The notes beneath the pieces were generated by a model. It was not told the origin of the DNA. It ran no database searches and saw nothing but the letters and a program-made list of their open reading frames with translations. Of a stretch of 64,000 bases of DNA, positions 8,235 to 18,157 are shown one piece after another (position 1 is the first letter of the stretch; every line of letters starts with the position of its first letter). The stretch is from an uncultured Acidobacteriota bacterium (GTDB lineage Bacteria > Acidobacteriota > Vicinamibacteria > Vicinamibacterales > UBA2999): the NCBI GenBank assembly GCA_963815285.1, contig CAWFGB010000004.1, forward strand, positions 521,440 to 585,439, given 5' to 3'. The position numbers were made by a program, and so were the translations under genes.

Positions 8235-9851
8235 CTACCGGCCGGAACTGGTGAGAGAACTCAACGCGGCGGTAAAAGTGCTCCAGGGCACCGGCGTGCC
8301 GTGCACCGGCGCCAGGGTGTCAACCTGCAGCTTCATCCGCGCCACCTGATTGGCGAGGCTGCGCATGGCCGCCAGCTGCGCCATTTTCGGCGGTTCGTGC
8401 GTGTCGAAGAGGTCGGCCTGAAAGGCGATGCGTTCGACGGGGAGATAGGCCATCAACATGCCCTCCACGTGCTGCAGCGGCTGCACGTAGTAGACGCGCA
8501 GGATGCGGCGGTTGTCAGTGATCACGTAGTTCTCCTGGACTGTCTCGTAGTTGTAGCCCTCGGAGACCTCCGTGGGCGGCCAGCGCGACACGATGTCGGG
8601 CGCGACGGTTCGCGGCTCGTAGCTGAGCACGTCGCGATTGAGGAACGCGATGTTCTTCATGTGCGCGACGATCGTCGAGCCGATGTGAAGGTAGGTCCTC
8701 AGCCCGCCGATGTGATCGAAGTGCGGGTGCGAGCTGATCAGCCAGCGAATCGGCTTGTTTGGCGCCAGCTTCGCAATCGCCTCGATGACCGCCAGGCTGC
8801 GCTCTTCGTTTCCGGGCGCTTCGAACACGGCGACGAAATCGTTGAACTCCACCATGTAGCTGTTGGCGGGTCCGCCGCCCATCAGATACACGCCATCCGC
8901 AATCTTCTCGACGGTCACTGAGGTTCCGGCGTTGGCCTGGGCGAGCGACGGGGGCACAGGCACCGGGTCGCCGCAGGCGTTCGGCTGCACCGTCGGGAAC
9001 TTGCCGCCATAGCCGTTGTGCCCGGTGCTCTGGCGATAGAACTGCCAGTTGTCGTCCCACCCGTGATGGGAGTGCCAGGCAATGGGCCACTTCACGGCGC
9101 CGAAGGTCATCTGGTTGGTCGATTCGTGCTCGATGTTGAAGTCGCCGAGCGCCGGCTCGCCGACCGTCGTTTTGATCCGCGTGATCTGGTTCTGCGAGTT
9201 GATGGTCGCGTCCACCCGATACCTTCCGAGCATTGTGATGGCGACGACGTGCACCTTTTCGGGTTGGACGACGTTGCCATCGCGACCCTTCTCGAGCTGT
9301 TCCCAGCGCCATAAGGCGACGGGGTTGGCGCCCGGCAAGCGGGCAGCTTTGAGAAACCCGTGCGGGTTCAACCACAGATCGAGTTGATAGAGGTCCGCCA
9401 GTTCCGGCGACACGGACACTGGTGCGCCGTCGCCGTCGATGTGCCACGCGGTGCGGCCGTTGACGATGTGCGTCTGACGCGCTGCCCGCTGAGTGGGCAT
9501 GCCGCCCTGCCAGCCGAGCCCGTACTTCCACGACGCCGGGTTCAATCCAGGCTTGCGATCGAATGTTTCCTTGCTGGTGCCGGCTTCCCAATTGATGGTG
9601 CGGGTGTAGTTGTTCAGCGCATCGATGCGCGGCCAGTCGATGTTGACGGCGTTTTCGAACGTCTGGCCGACAGCGCCCGCGTAGCCGGTGCCGGAGTAGG
9701 TGATGCACTTGAGGTTGGCTTCGCCGATCTCCTGCGCCGCGGCAGCCAGCAGTGGAGCCGGGTCGACATAGCCGGGCGGGAATCTCTGAGCCGAGGCCTG
9801 GACAGTCAGCGCTGTGAACAGGGCCACGGCGGCCGTTGCTTTCATGGTCAT
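8235..9851 (-). CDS. Secreted metallo-beta-lactamase-fold hydrolase with an N-terminal domain of about 290 aa of unknown function
   Basis: Signal peptide MTMKATAAVALFTALTVQASAQ. HxHxDH motif SSHPHFDHIGG in the C-terminal half. Confidence 0.75.
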   Translation of the reverse strand: MTMKATAAVALFTALTVQASAQRFPPGYVDPAPLLAAAAQEIGEANLKCITYSGTGYAGAVGQTFENAVNIDWPRIDALNNYTRTINWEAGTSKETFDRKPGLNPASWKYGLGWQGGMPTQRAARQTHIVNGRTAWHIDGDGAPVSVSPELADLYQLDLWLNPHGFLKAARLPGANPVALWRWEQLEKGRDGNVVQPEKVHVVAITMLGRYRVDATINSQNQITRIKTTVGEPALGDFNIEHESTNQMTFGAVKWPIAWHSHHGWDDNWQFYRQSTGHNGYGGKFPTVQPNACGDPVPVPPSLAQANAGTSVTVEKIADGVYLMGGGPANSYMVEFNDFVAVFEAPGNEERSLAVIEAIAKLAPNKPIRWLISSHPHFDHIGGLRTYLHIGSTIVAHMKNIAFLNRDVLSYEPRTVAPDIVSRWPPTEVSEGYNYETVQENYVITDNRRILRVYYVQPLQHVEGMLMAYLPVERIAFQADLFDTHEPPKMAQLAAMRSLANQVARMKLQVDTLAPVHGTPVPWSTFTAALSSLTSSGR

Positions 9852-10156
9852 GTGCTTCCCTCTAGATCGCGGGCGATTATAGCGAGGGGAGACGTCGATA
9901 GCTGAGAGCTGACAGCCGAGAGCTGATAGCCCTCCGTGCGAGGCGCGAAGTTATGATCGTGACGCGCAGACCATCGTCGTCGTTCCGTCGGGTGTTGCCC
10001 TACGACGACTCCGCCCGGCCGCTGACGGCCAAACTGCTTGCATCACTCGACAGGAACTTCTGGCGGGCGTGTCAATCGTCGAAGATCTCACAAAGCCCCG
10101 ATCGCCACGAATCGCCACTTGGCGTGGCCCGTTTTCGGACGCCGTTTGCTCCGGTA

Positions 10157-10185
10157 TGGGGTTCGAATCCCCGTCATCCAGCCCA
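10157..10185 (+). other. tRNA-like T-arm plus acceptor 3' strand fragment (TGGGG-TTCGAAT-CCCCG-TCATCCAG-CCCA); no full cloverleaf
   Basis: A canonical GG-TTCGAAT-CC T-loop with a 5-bp stem was read directly. No complementary 5' acceptor strand, D-arm or anticodon arm was found within 100 nt upstream. Confidence 0.4.
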
Positions 10186-10291
10186 ACTCAAATTCAAGGA
10201 CGCCAACGTCTCGCGGCGCAAGGAATTGTGAGTTCTGTTCTCGAGTGATTTCCCAGACACCTGAGACTGACAGGCACTCGGGCAGACCGAC

Positions 10292-10318
10292 AACGCCAAG
10301 ACATGATGTGTTGGCGTT
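10292..10318 (-). terminator. Hairpin (AACGCCAA-N11-TTGGCGTT) about 60 nt downstream of the NHL-repeat gene
   Basis: A perfect 8-bp stem read directly. There is no U-tract, so terminator function is uncertain. Confidence 0.3.
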
Positions 10319-10377
10319 ATGCAACCACTGCCAGTCCCAGCCAGGCTTTTCAGCGGTGCGTCGCACTCTGCTCCTGC

Positions 10378-11595
10378 CTACCGCCTGACGAACTTCTGCG
10401 TGCGCCGTCCACCGCCGCCTTCAGAGACGTACAGGTTGCCCTTCGAATCCACGGCCATCGTGTGCACGCCGATGAACTGCCCGGCGCCCTGACCCATGCC
10501 ACCAATCCCGGCCATCACGCGGCCCTGCATGCGGTCGATGATCCACACCGTTCCGCTACCGACGTCGGACGTGAAGAAGTACGCCTGCGGCTGGTCGATC
10601 GAGAACGCGATGTCGTTGGTCCGCAGCCCCTGGTAGGAGAAGCCCTCCGGCTCGATGGGGATGGTGCGCTTGAGGGCACCCGTGCGATCGAAGACCTGCA
10701 CGCGCGCGTTGCCACGATCGCAGGTGTAGACCAGACCGTCCCGCCCGATGATGACGCAGTGCGGATGGCCACCGCCTTCCGCGGCGAATTGGCTAGGACC
10801 GCTGCCGGCCGAACCCCATTGCCGGAGGTATTGCCCCCTGGCGTCGAAGACCACGATACGATGGTTGCCGTATCCATCGGCGATGTAGACACTGCCTCGT
10901 TCACCGGTGACGGGGTCCGGCTCGGGATCGATGGCGATGTCGGCCGGGCTGTTGAGCAAGGTCCGGCTGGCGTTCAATCCTGGACTCGTGCAGGTCGGAA
11001 AGAACACGTTGGCAGCCGGGTTGGCGGGGGCCTTGCCATCGCACACACCCTTGGTGCCAATCTGCAGCAGCAGCGTCCCGTCGTGAGAATACTTCTGCAC
11101 GATGCCGTCCGAGTTCCCGGCGATCCACACGTTCTCTTCGTAGTCGACGAAGCAGCCGTGCAGGCTTTCCGGCATGACCTTGGTGCCGCCCCCCGGCGCG
11201 AGGTGTGAGGCATCGCCCCAGCTCAGAACGACATTCCCATCGGTGTCGTAGGCGACCACCGGTGGCGCCGGCACGCTCGAGAGCGCCTCGAAGGTGTGGA
11301 GCTTGCCGAGCGCGCTGTTCTGCCAGCCGCGGTTGAGCGTGAAGATGTGATCGTGCGAGTCGACGCACGTGCCGCCGATCTCGCCGGTCGCCCAGCGGTG
11401 AAAGTTGCCCTTGTCGTCCTTGACGGCGGGAAAGGGCTTCGGCCACGCCGGATCAACCTTGAACTGTGGAACTCCACCCGACGCCGGCTGGCCGCCGTCG
11501 GCGACGGCCGTCGGCCTCTCGGGTGAACACGCGGCAAGCAGCGCCACGGTTATGGCCAGAACGAGCTGCGAATAGTGGCTGCGTTCAGTTCTCAT
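10378..11595 (-). CDS. NHL-repeat beta-propeller lipoprotein
   Basis: Lipobox LLAAC after MRTERSHYSQLVLAITVA. Repeated ..G.F..P.G.AVD..GN.YV.D motifs. Start placed at the internal ATG 11595 rather than the ORF-track start. Confidence 0.7.
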   Translation of the reverse strand: MRTERSHYSQLVLAITVALLAACSPERPTAVADGGQPASGGVPQFKVDPAWPKPFPAVKDDKGNFHRWATGEIGGTCVDSHDHIFTLNRGWQNSALGKLHTFEALSSVPAPPVVAYDTDGNVVLSWGDASHLAPGGGTKVMPESLHGCFVDYEENVWIAGNSDGIVQKYSHDGTLLLQIGTKGVCDGKAPANPAANVFFPTCTSPGLNASRTLLNSPADIAIDPEPDPVTGERGSVYIADGYGNHRIVVFDARGQYLRQWGSAGSGPSQFAAEGGGHPHCVIIGRDGLVYTCDRGNARVQVFDRTGALKRTIPIEPEGFSYQGLRTNDIAFSIDQPQAYFFTSDVGSGTVWIIDRMQGRVMAGIGGMGQGAGQFIGVHTMAVDSKGNLYVSEGGGGRRTQKFVRR

Positions 11596-11630
11596 GGATG
11601 GCACCCCAGCAGATCGACGACACCGCGTTC

Positions 11631-13001
11631 CTACTGTGTCCGGTTGGCTGTCCAACGCCGCCCCAGTGCGGCGCGATCCAGCTCCTGACCGCGTTGATAC
11701 ACGGCGGCGATCTTTCGCGTGTTCAGGATGTCCTCGAGCGGATTGGCGTCGAGCACCAGGAAGTCAGCGCTCCTGCCTTCGGCGATGGTGCCCAAGTCGT
11801 CCAGATTCAGGACGCGCGCCGCGGCGCTCGTCGCGGCGACGATCACCTGTGCCGGCGTCATGCCGCACTGATTCATCCGCTCCAGTTCCAGGTGCTCGGC
11901 CCAGCCGTGCCAGGCATTGGGAATGCCGGTGTCGCCGCCCAACGTGATCGTGACGCCTGCTGCATTCAGCCGGCGGAGGCTCTCGCACATCTTGTCGGCG
12001 GTGGCGCGCGCGGCAGCGACGGCCTTGGTGTCGCGATTGTCGAAGCTGCGGCGATACTCATCGACGATCGGCGCCGGTAGGGTTTCGGCCAGCAGTTCCA
12101 CTGACCCGAGCGGCGGCGCGGTCATCGCCGGTCGTGACTGGCCGCCGATGTTCGCGGCGGTGAACACGCCGCGCTGCTTCATGGCGTTGACGAGTGCGTC
12201 GTCCATCACCTCGTCGCGCACCAGGTGCATGAAGCCGTCGATGCCGGCCTCGACCAGTTGGTGCGCGTCCTTCAGGTAGTAGACGTGCGCGATCGCCATC
12301 ATCTTCTGTTGGTGCGCTTCCTCGATGATGGGACCAAAAATGTCGGGCGTCAGCTTCTTGACCCTGCCACCGCGGTCGTCGACCCAGATCTTGAGCGCGT
12401 CCGCGCGCTGGGCCGCCACCTCCCGCGTGCGCACCCGGCCTTCGTCGGCGCTGGTGATGGGGAACGAGACGTTGGCGATGGACGGAATCCCGGGGCCGCC
12501 GTCCGGAGCGGCCATCCCGCGTCCCGCCGTCAGGAGCCGCGCCGCACCGTCCGGCCGCTCTTCCCGCACCTGGAACGACAGCGGGCCCACATCGGTGCCC
12601 GCGCTCAGCACCGCGGCCAGGCCGTAGTAGGCATATCGCTGCAGGTTGTCGACGATGTTGTCGTGCGTGTAGACCTGCGGGCCAAAGTCGTTGCCGGCGA
12701 GCAGGCCGACGTGCATGTGCGTGCTGATGAGCGCCGGCATCACCGTCTTGCCAGCGAGGTCGACGCGCCTCGCGCCGGCGGGCAGCGCAATCTCGCCCTG
12801 TTTGCCGACGTGCGTGATTCGGTCCCCTTCCACCACGAACGCCGCACCGTCGATGGGCGCGCTGCCATCACCCACGATCAGCCGCGCGCCTTCGAACAGC
12901 GCGGTGGCGCCCGACCGCTCGGCGGGCGCCTTGTTCGGGACGGCAGGACCGCCGCAGCCGGCGGTCATTGTGCAGATCAGCGCGAGTGCACTCCAACGCA
13001 T
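11631..13001 (-). CDS. Metal-dependent amidohydrolase family lipoprotein
   Basis: Lipobox MTAGC. ALISTHMHVG (HxH metal motif). Typical amidohydrolase C-terminus ..ADFLVLDANPLEDI. Lies 35 nt upstream of the NHL gene, so a likely operon. Confidence 0.75.
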   Translation of the reverse strand: MRWSALALICTMTAGCGGPAVPNKAPAERSGATALFEGARLIVGDGSAPIDGAAFVVEGDRITHVGKQGEIALPAGARRVDLAGKTVMPALISTHMHVGLLAGNDFGPQVYTHDNIVDNLQRYAYYGLAAVLSAGTDVGPLSFQVREERPDGAARLLTAGRGMAAPDGGPGIPSIANVSFPITSADEGRVRTREVAAQRADALKIWVDDRGGRVKKLTPDIFGPIIEEAHQQKMMAIAHVYYLKDAHQLVEAGIDGFMHLVRDEVMDDALVNAMKQRGVFTAANIGGQSRPAMTAPPLGSVELLAETLPAPIVDEYRRSFDNRDTKAVAAARATADKMCESLRRLNAAGVTITLGGDTGIPNAWHGWAEHLELERMNQCGMTPAQVIVAATSAAARVLNLDDLGTIAEGRSADFLVLDANPLEDILNTRKIAAVYQRGQELDRAALGRRWTANRTQ

Positions 13002-13469
13002 GGTCGCTCACTCCGGTCGCCGCGGCGCCCGTTGCGGCCGTCGGCAGTAAAGGTTCATGCTCTCGGCGAAGGGTCAGGCCTCGGAGCACTCCCGTGGGAC
13101 GCGGCTGATGCGCTCCGCGCCATCGATGCGCAACGCGCCGGCACAGCGGCGCGATCCCGGACCCGTCCTCAAGACCCAGGTCCGCAATGTTCATCCGTGC
13201 CGGTGATTTTATGTCGTGGATACTCGCATCGCCACCGACGACTCGGTCAGAGCGGGCGGATCTGCGGTCCGAAGTATGTATACAAACTTCGCTCCTAACC
13301 ATTTTCTTCGCGTCTGTGAATCGCCACGAACGGTGGACTACCCTGGTAGTGCCGCCCGTTCCGCGACCATTCTCGCGTCACGACGAAATGGTAAGCGTAG
13401 CCGCCGACGCCGACACTCCTGCGAAATGAATCCACCCCTCTCTAAATGATCGCCCTATAATCGCCGAGC

Positions 13470-14070
13470 GTGAATCGGTCAGCGCATTTCACCAATGGAG
13501 CTCGCCTTGGCGGCTACGAGATTCTGTCGATGCTGGGCGCCGGAGGCATGGGAGAGGTCTACCGCGCGCGCGATGAGAAGCTCGGTCGTGACGTCGCGAT
13601 CAAGATTCTTTCCGATCCTCTGACGACCGACGCCCGACATCTCGCGCGTTTCGAGCGCGAGGCACGGATTCTGGCCTCCCTCAATCATCCGCACATCGGG
13701 GCAATCTACGGCTCGATCGAGTCGGATGGTGTGTGGGCCCTGGTGCTCGAAATTGTTGAAGGTCAGACGCTCGCCGAGCGGCTGCCACCAGCGTTGCCGC
13801 GCGCGTCGTTGCCAAGGACCAGGGGATTGGCGGTCGAGGACGCGCTGCGGTCCAGACGGGCGCCGTCTGGCCGTCGCGACAATCATCGGCAGCTTCGACA
13901 ACTCGCTTTCGATTGTCGAGCTCGAAGGCATCGGCAGCGTACGGAAACTTACCGACTTGCCCAGCGATATCAGACCACGTGGCCTGACCTGGAATCGCGA
14001 CGGGGCCTCTCTGACGGTTGGTATCGTGCGGGCTACAGGAGACATCTTTCTCGCGGAGCGAACGCGATAG
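13470..14070 (+). pseudogene. Ser/Thr kinase relic: kinase N-lobe joined, out of frame, to the last blade of a PD40/TolB-type propeller
   Basis: YEILSMLGAGGMGEVYRARD..VAIK..NHPHIGAIY..LVLEIVEGQTLAERL ends at about 13855. It continues in the +1 frame as GPDGRRLAV..LTWNRDG..TGDIFLAE. That tail matches the C-terminal end of the intact kinase at 38217-40961 (..TGNVWMTE). Confidence 0.7.
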
Positions 14071-14199
14071 GCTAAACCCTCTTCACGAGCCGGAGGTGGT
14101 GCCAGTTCGCTGTGTTGCCTCAGCGTCCGTTAGCCCGGAAGCTAGCACCGGAGGTACTGGCTGCCAAGGAACACAGCGAAGTCGCCGCTGGCTGTTCGG

Positions 14200-14243
14200 C
14201 AACATGGGGTATCGGGCGGTGCTGCCCAATACCCCCATGGTTG
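14200..14243. terminator. Imperfect inverted repeat between two convergent genes; candidate bidirectional terminator
   Basis: CAACATGGGGTAT-N16-ATACCCCCATGGTTG read directly. Confidence 0.3.
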
Positions 14244-14271
14244 TTGCGTTGTCGGTCGTCTAGGTTTGGGC

Positions 14272-14775
14272 CTAGAACGTGAACGTCCGAGTGAGCGTGC
14301 CGAGGACAGTGCCCGGTGGTTGTTCGATGGTCAAGGTGAGAGTCGAAACACTGGCCCCACCGATGCTTACGTTCCAGTTGGGATTCGAACAACCCGCCTC
14401 CGCTGCCGTTGGAACCGGCACCACGGCGGTTGCGCTGACGGTGAAGTTGAGCGTCCCATTCTTTAGCTCGGATGCTGGGACCGTCACCGAAGCGGATGCG
14501 ACGAAATCCACTGGATTCTGTCCCGGAACGATGTTCGCTGGATTACCTGGAGCCGCGCAGAAGGGCTGCGCCGTCCCCGTGAGGCTGACAGTGATTACGA
14601 CGTCGTCGTTGCCGAGGCCCGCGAGCGCCCCAGAACAAGTTCCCGTAGTTCCGCCGGCACCGCACTGGGGCGATCCCCGCTTGTAGTGGGGACTGGCTCC
14701 GAGGACTGCTGCCACGGAGACGCTGACAACGATCAGCGTCAGGAAGGTCCGAGTTGGGTAGATTCGTGTGGACAT
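14272..14775 (-). CDS. Small secreted or anchored protein of unknown function (Thr/Ser/Val-rich, 5 Cys)
   Basis: ATG preceded by GGGAGGGAGC. N-terminal hydrophobic segment FLTLIVVSVSVAAVLGA. No recognisable family. Confidence 0.55.
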   Translation of the reverse strand: MSTRIYPTRTFLTLIVVSVSVAAVLGASPHYKRGSPQCGAGGTTGTCSGALAGLGNDDVVITVSLTGTAQPFCAAPGNPANIVPGQNPVDFVASASVTVPASELKNGTLNFTVSATAVVPVPTAAEAGCSNPNWNVSIGGASVSTLTLTIEQPPGTVLGTLTRTFTF

Positions 14776-15261
14776 GCTCCCTCCCGGTCTCTCCGAATGA
14801 CCCGGTAACGCCGGGCCGCGTCGGGCGACTTCCGGCTTCTAGAGAGTCACGTGAGTTCTCGCTGCCCGCAGTGTTGCCAGTGAAACAACCGTCAGCAGCG
14901 TCGTCCACAATCGTCGGATCGATGCTATCAAGTCATCGTTCGGCCTCTCTCTAGCGGTCGCGAAATCTATCCCTGGCTCACCCCACCCCGAAGTCGCAGG
15001 ACCTCGAGCGGGTCGCGCGGTTTCGGTCAGTAGCAGCAACGCAGGTTCGATCTCACCCAGCCGCCTTTGACCCTCTGTGCGCTCCCGGGGTTCGTTACTA
15101 CACGATACGGAGGGTTCGAGGCGTCCGTTCCGGCGACCACTGCATCGGCTCCCAGCCCTTGTCCCGCAGACTTCGCTTCAAGGATCGCTTCCGGCCGTGA
15201 AGCCTTCAGCAACCCAGCCGCAAGTCACAACTCGACGCCAACGGGGCCGTTTTGAAAAGGC

Positions 15262-15289
15262 TTGCATTGACGGTGCCGCTGCGTAGACT
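15262..15289 (+). promoter_or_regulatory. Candidate sigma70-type promoter for the frd operon (TTGCAT-N16-TAGACT)
   Basis: Hexamers and spacing read directly, about 137 nt upstream of the first ORF. The leader contains several short hairpins (CGAACCG..CGGTTCG, CCGGG-TTG-CCCGG). Confidence 0.3.
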
Positions 15290-15425
15290 GAAGCGCGAAC
15301 CGACCGTTACCTGGGAAGGCGGTTCGATCCACTCACGGCGTTGTCCCGGGTTGCCCGGTGGCTGCATCTCCTGCAGTCACGTTTCGTTTCGGTTGTCTCG
15401 GTCACCCAGAAACAAGGAGGGAGAC

Positions 15426-15650
15426 GTGGACACCAGCGGCAGCTTCAAGGGTCAGCCTGCACCCTGCGGACGAATTGTCGACGGCGAGAACTTCCACGAT
15501 CAGGACGCGGAGATAGTTGTCACTCGGGAGACGGACTTCTCGTGCGGGTGCCGGAGCATCCAGCACGAGTACCACGACGGCACGGTGAGCCGGCGGGTGA
15601 TCCGCCACGACGGCGTCGTGCTCGTCGACGAAATGTTCGCGGCCGAGTAG
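15426..15650 (+). CDS. Small hypothetical protein (74 aa) immediately upstream of frdA
   Basis: GTG start 5 nt after a perfect AGGAGG. The stop lies 19 nt before the frdA GTG. Four Cys (PCG.., SCGC). No family recognised. Confidence 0.5.
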   Translation: MDTSGSFKGQPAPCGRIVDGENFHDQDAEIVVTRETDFSCGCRSIQHEYHDGTVSRRVIRHDGVVLVDEMFAAE

Positions 15651-15669
15651 GGCCGCGGGGAGGCGGAGC

Positions 15670-17472
15670 GTGGTCCCGACTCATGACGTGGTACTCGTGG
15701 GTGGCGGGGGCGCGGGCTTGCGTGCAGCGATTGCCATCGCTGAGACGAATCCGCACCTCAAAGTGGCTGTCGTTTCCAAGGTGTACCCGATGCGCAGTCA
15801 TACGGTTTCGGCCGAAGGTGGCGCGGCCGGTGTCGTCCGCTCCGACGACAGCCTCGACCAGCACGCCTACGACAGCATCTCGGGCGGCGACTGGCTGTGC
15901 GACCAGGACGCGGTCGAAGCGTTCGTGCGCGAAGCGCCGCAGGAGCTGCTACGTCTCGAGCATTGGGGCTGCCCGTGGAGCCGCGAACCGGACGGCCGCA
16001 TCGCGGTACGCCCGTTCGGCGGCATGAAACAGATGCGCACGTGGTTTGCAGCCGACAAGACCGGCTTCCACATGCTGCATACGCTCTTCCAGACCTCCCT
16101 GAAGTACACGAGCGTCGTGCGTTATGACGAATGGTTCGTGACGCGGCTCCTGGTCGAGGACGGTCGTGTCCACGGCGTCGTCGCGCTCGAGCTCATGTCG
16201 GGGCGCATCGAAGCGATCACGGCCGGCGCCGTGATCCTGTGCACGGGCGGCTGCGGGCGCGTGTTTCCGTTCACGACCAACGCAAGCATCAAGACCGGCG
16301 ACGGCATGGCGCTGGCCTATCGTGCCGGCGCGCCGCTGAAGGACATGGAGTTCGTCCAGTACCATCCGACCGGCCTCCCCTTCACCGGCATCCTGATCAC
16401 CGAGGCAGCGCGCGCCGAAGGCGGGTACTTGATCAACAAGGACGGCTATCGCTACCTCCAGGACTATCAGCTCGGCACACCCGAGCCCAAGCCGGTGTTG
16501 CGGTCAATGGAGCTGGGCCCGCGCGATCGGCTGTCGCAGGCCTTCATCAAGGAGCAGGAGAAAGGGCGCACGGTCGATACGCCGTACGGACCGGTCGTCC
16601 ACCTCGATCTCCGGCACCTCGGCGAGCGCGTCATCGACGCGAAGATCCCGTTCGTCCGCGAGTTGTGCCGCAAGTACCAGAACCTCGATCCGGTCAAGGA
16701 TTTGATCCCGGTGCGTCCCGTCGTCCACTACATGATGGGCGGCGTACATACCGACATCAATGGGGCGACTCCGCTGCCGGGGCTGTACGCCGCCGGTGAA
16801 GTCGCCTGCGTCAGCATCAACGGGGCCAACCGGCTCGGTTCGAACTCGCTGCCAGAGTTGCTCGTGTTCGGCGCCCGCGCCGGCCGCGCTGCCGCGGAGT
16901 ACGCCTCGAGTCGAGCGGACGTGCCGGCCGGTGTTCTTGCGCAGGCGGCCGACGAGCGACGACGCCTCGAGCAGGAGATCCTCCACAAAAGCGGAGGCCG
17001 CGAGCGCATTGCCGACGTCCGGCTCGAGATGCAGAAGACGCTTGAAGAATGCGCGGGCATCTACCGCACGGGGCGTGCGCTGGCCGCAGGACTCGGCCGG
17101 CTGGCACGCCTGCAGGAGCGCGCCGTCGATCTCGCGCTGGAGGATCACAGTCGCACTTTCAACACCGAACGGCTCGCCGCACTGGAGCTGACGTTCATGC
17201 TCGACGTCGCGGAAGCCATCGTGCAGTCCGCGTATCGCCGTGAGGAATCGCGGGGCGCGCATCAGCGCAGCGACTTCCCGGCGCGCGATGACATTCGTTT
17301 CCTGACTCACTCGTTGATCTCGCGCCGGCCCGATGGTTCGTGCGCGGTCGAGTATCTGCCGGTGACCATCACCCGCTGGCCGCCCGCCGAGCGGGTTTAC
17401 GGGGAGGCTGCTGCACATGCCGGAACGCATAACGTTGCAGGTGTCGCGATATCGTCCGGAGCAGGAGTCTGA
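15670..17472 (+). CDS. frdA: Fumarate reductase flavoprotein subunit
   Basis: Near-colinear with E. coli FrdA: [22 protein letters not shown](S/A)[48 protein letters not shown]. Confidence 0.93.
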   Translation: MVPTHDVVLVGGGGAGLRAAIAIAETNPHLKVAVVSKVYPMRSHTVSAEGGAAGVVRSDDSLDQHAYDSISGGDWLCDQDAVEAFVREAPQELLRLEHWGCPWSREPDGRIAVRPFGGMKQMRTWFAADKTGFHMLHTLFQTSLKYTSVVRYDEWFVTRLLVEDGRVHGVVALELMSGRIEAITAGAVILCTGGCGRVFPFTTNASIKTGDGMALAYRAGAPLKDMEFVQYHPTGLPFTGILITEAARAEGGYLINKDGYRYLQDYQLGTPEPKPVLRSMELGPRDRLSQAFIKEQEKGRTVDTPYGPVVHLDLRHLGERVIDAKIPFVRELCRKYQNLDPVKDLIPVRPVVHYMMGGVHTDINGATPLPGLYAAGEVACVSINGANRLGSNSLPELLVFGARAGRAAAEYASSRADVPAGVLAQAADERRRLEQEILHKSGGRERIADVRLEMQKTLEECAGIYRTGRALAAGLGRLARLQERAVDLALEDHSRTFNTERLAALELTFMLDVAEAIVQSAYRREESRGAHQRSDFPARDDIRFLTHSLISRRPDGSCAVEYLPVTITRWPPAERVYGEAAAHAGTHNVAGVAISSGAGV

Positions 17473-18157
17473 CGCGACCGTTGACGAGTACGAGGTCCCG
17501 TATTCGCGCGACTGGGTCGTGCTCGACGCGCTGAACCATGTCAAGGATGGCGTGGACGGGACGCTGTCCTATCGCTGGTCGTGCCGCATGGGCATCTGCG
17601 GAAGCTGCGGCATGACCGTCAACGGTGAACCAAAGCTGACCTGCGCCACCTTCCTTGCGGATTACGCGCCCGGTCCCGTCCGTGTCGAGCCGCTACGCAA
17701 CTTTCCCGTGATTCGCGATCTGGTCGTCGATCTGGGTGACTTCATGCAGAAGCTGGTGCGCGTGAAGCCATGGATCGTCCGCGCCGTCGAAAAGAAGGTG
17801 GAGGAGGGGGAGTATCTTCAGACGCCAGAGGAGCTCGACGAGTACAAGGCGTACAGCATGTGCATTAACTGCATGCTCTGCTACTCGGCGTGCCCGGTCT
17901 ATGGTCTCGACCCGCTGTTTATCGGGCCTGCCGCGATTGCCCTGGCGCAACGCTACAACCTCGACAGCCGTGACGAGGGCGCCGGCGAACGCATGGAAGT
18001 TCTGTCGGAGCACGAGGGTATCTGGGGATGCACGTTCGTCGGTGAGTGCACACGCGTCTGCCCCAAGAATGTCGATCCTGCCGGCGCGATTCAGCGCTAC
18101 AAGCTCAGTGCCGCACTCGAGTCCGTAAAGTCCTTCTTCCTACCGCGAGGGGCGTGA
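17417..18157 (+). CDS. frdB: Fumarate reductase iron-sulfur subunit
   Basis: [23 protein letters not shown](A/T)[13 protein letters not shown] and CT.VG.C..VCPK cysteine clusters as in E. coli FrdB. Confidence 0.92.
   Translation: MPERITLQVSRYRPEQESDATVDEYEVPYSRDWVVLDALNHVKDGVDGTLSYRWSCRMGICGSCGMTVNGEPKLTCATFLADYAPGPVRVEPLRNFPVIRDLVVDLGDFMQKLVRVKPWIVRAVEKKVEEGEYLQTPEELDEYKAYSMCINCMLCYSACPVYGLDPLFIGPAAIALAQRYNLDSRDEGAGERMEVLSEHEGIWGCTFVGECTRVCPKNVDPAGAIQRYKLSAALESVKSFFLPRGA

Noticed and set aside
9953-10185. Possibility that the T-arm-like sequence belongs to a complete tRNA, a tRNA-Sec (8-bp acceptor, which would give an encoded CCA) or a tmRNA.
   Set aside because: No complementary 5' acceptor strand (TGGATGA or CTGGATGA) lies within the expected distance. 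There is no D-arm or anticodon arm. The putative acceptor would lack the G3-U70 pair needed for tmRNA, and no tag-peptide-like reading frame was seen.
16504-17544. Long ORFs antisense to, or overlapping, clear genes. Examples: 16504-17544 on the minus strand over frdA; 33550-35034 and 34194-35501 over the uvrA-like gene; 6596-7267 over the membrane protein; 46511-47815 over the di-haem gene; 26959-28038 over the dehydrogenase gene.
   Set aside because: Arg/Ala/Pro-rich translations with no family motifs are typical shadow ORFs in GC-rich DNA. The opposite or alternative frame carries strong family signatures.
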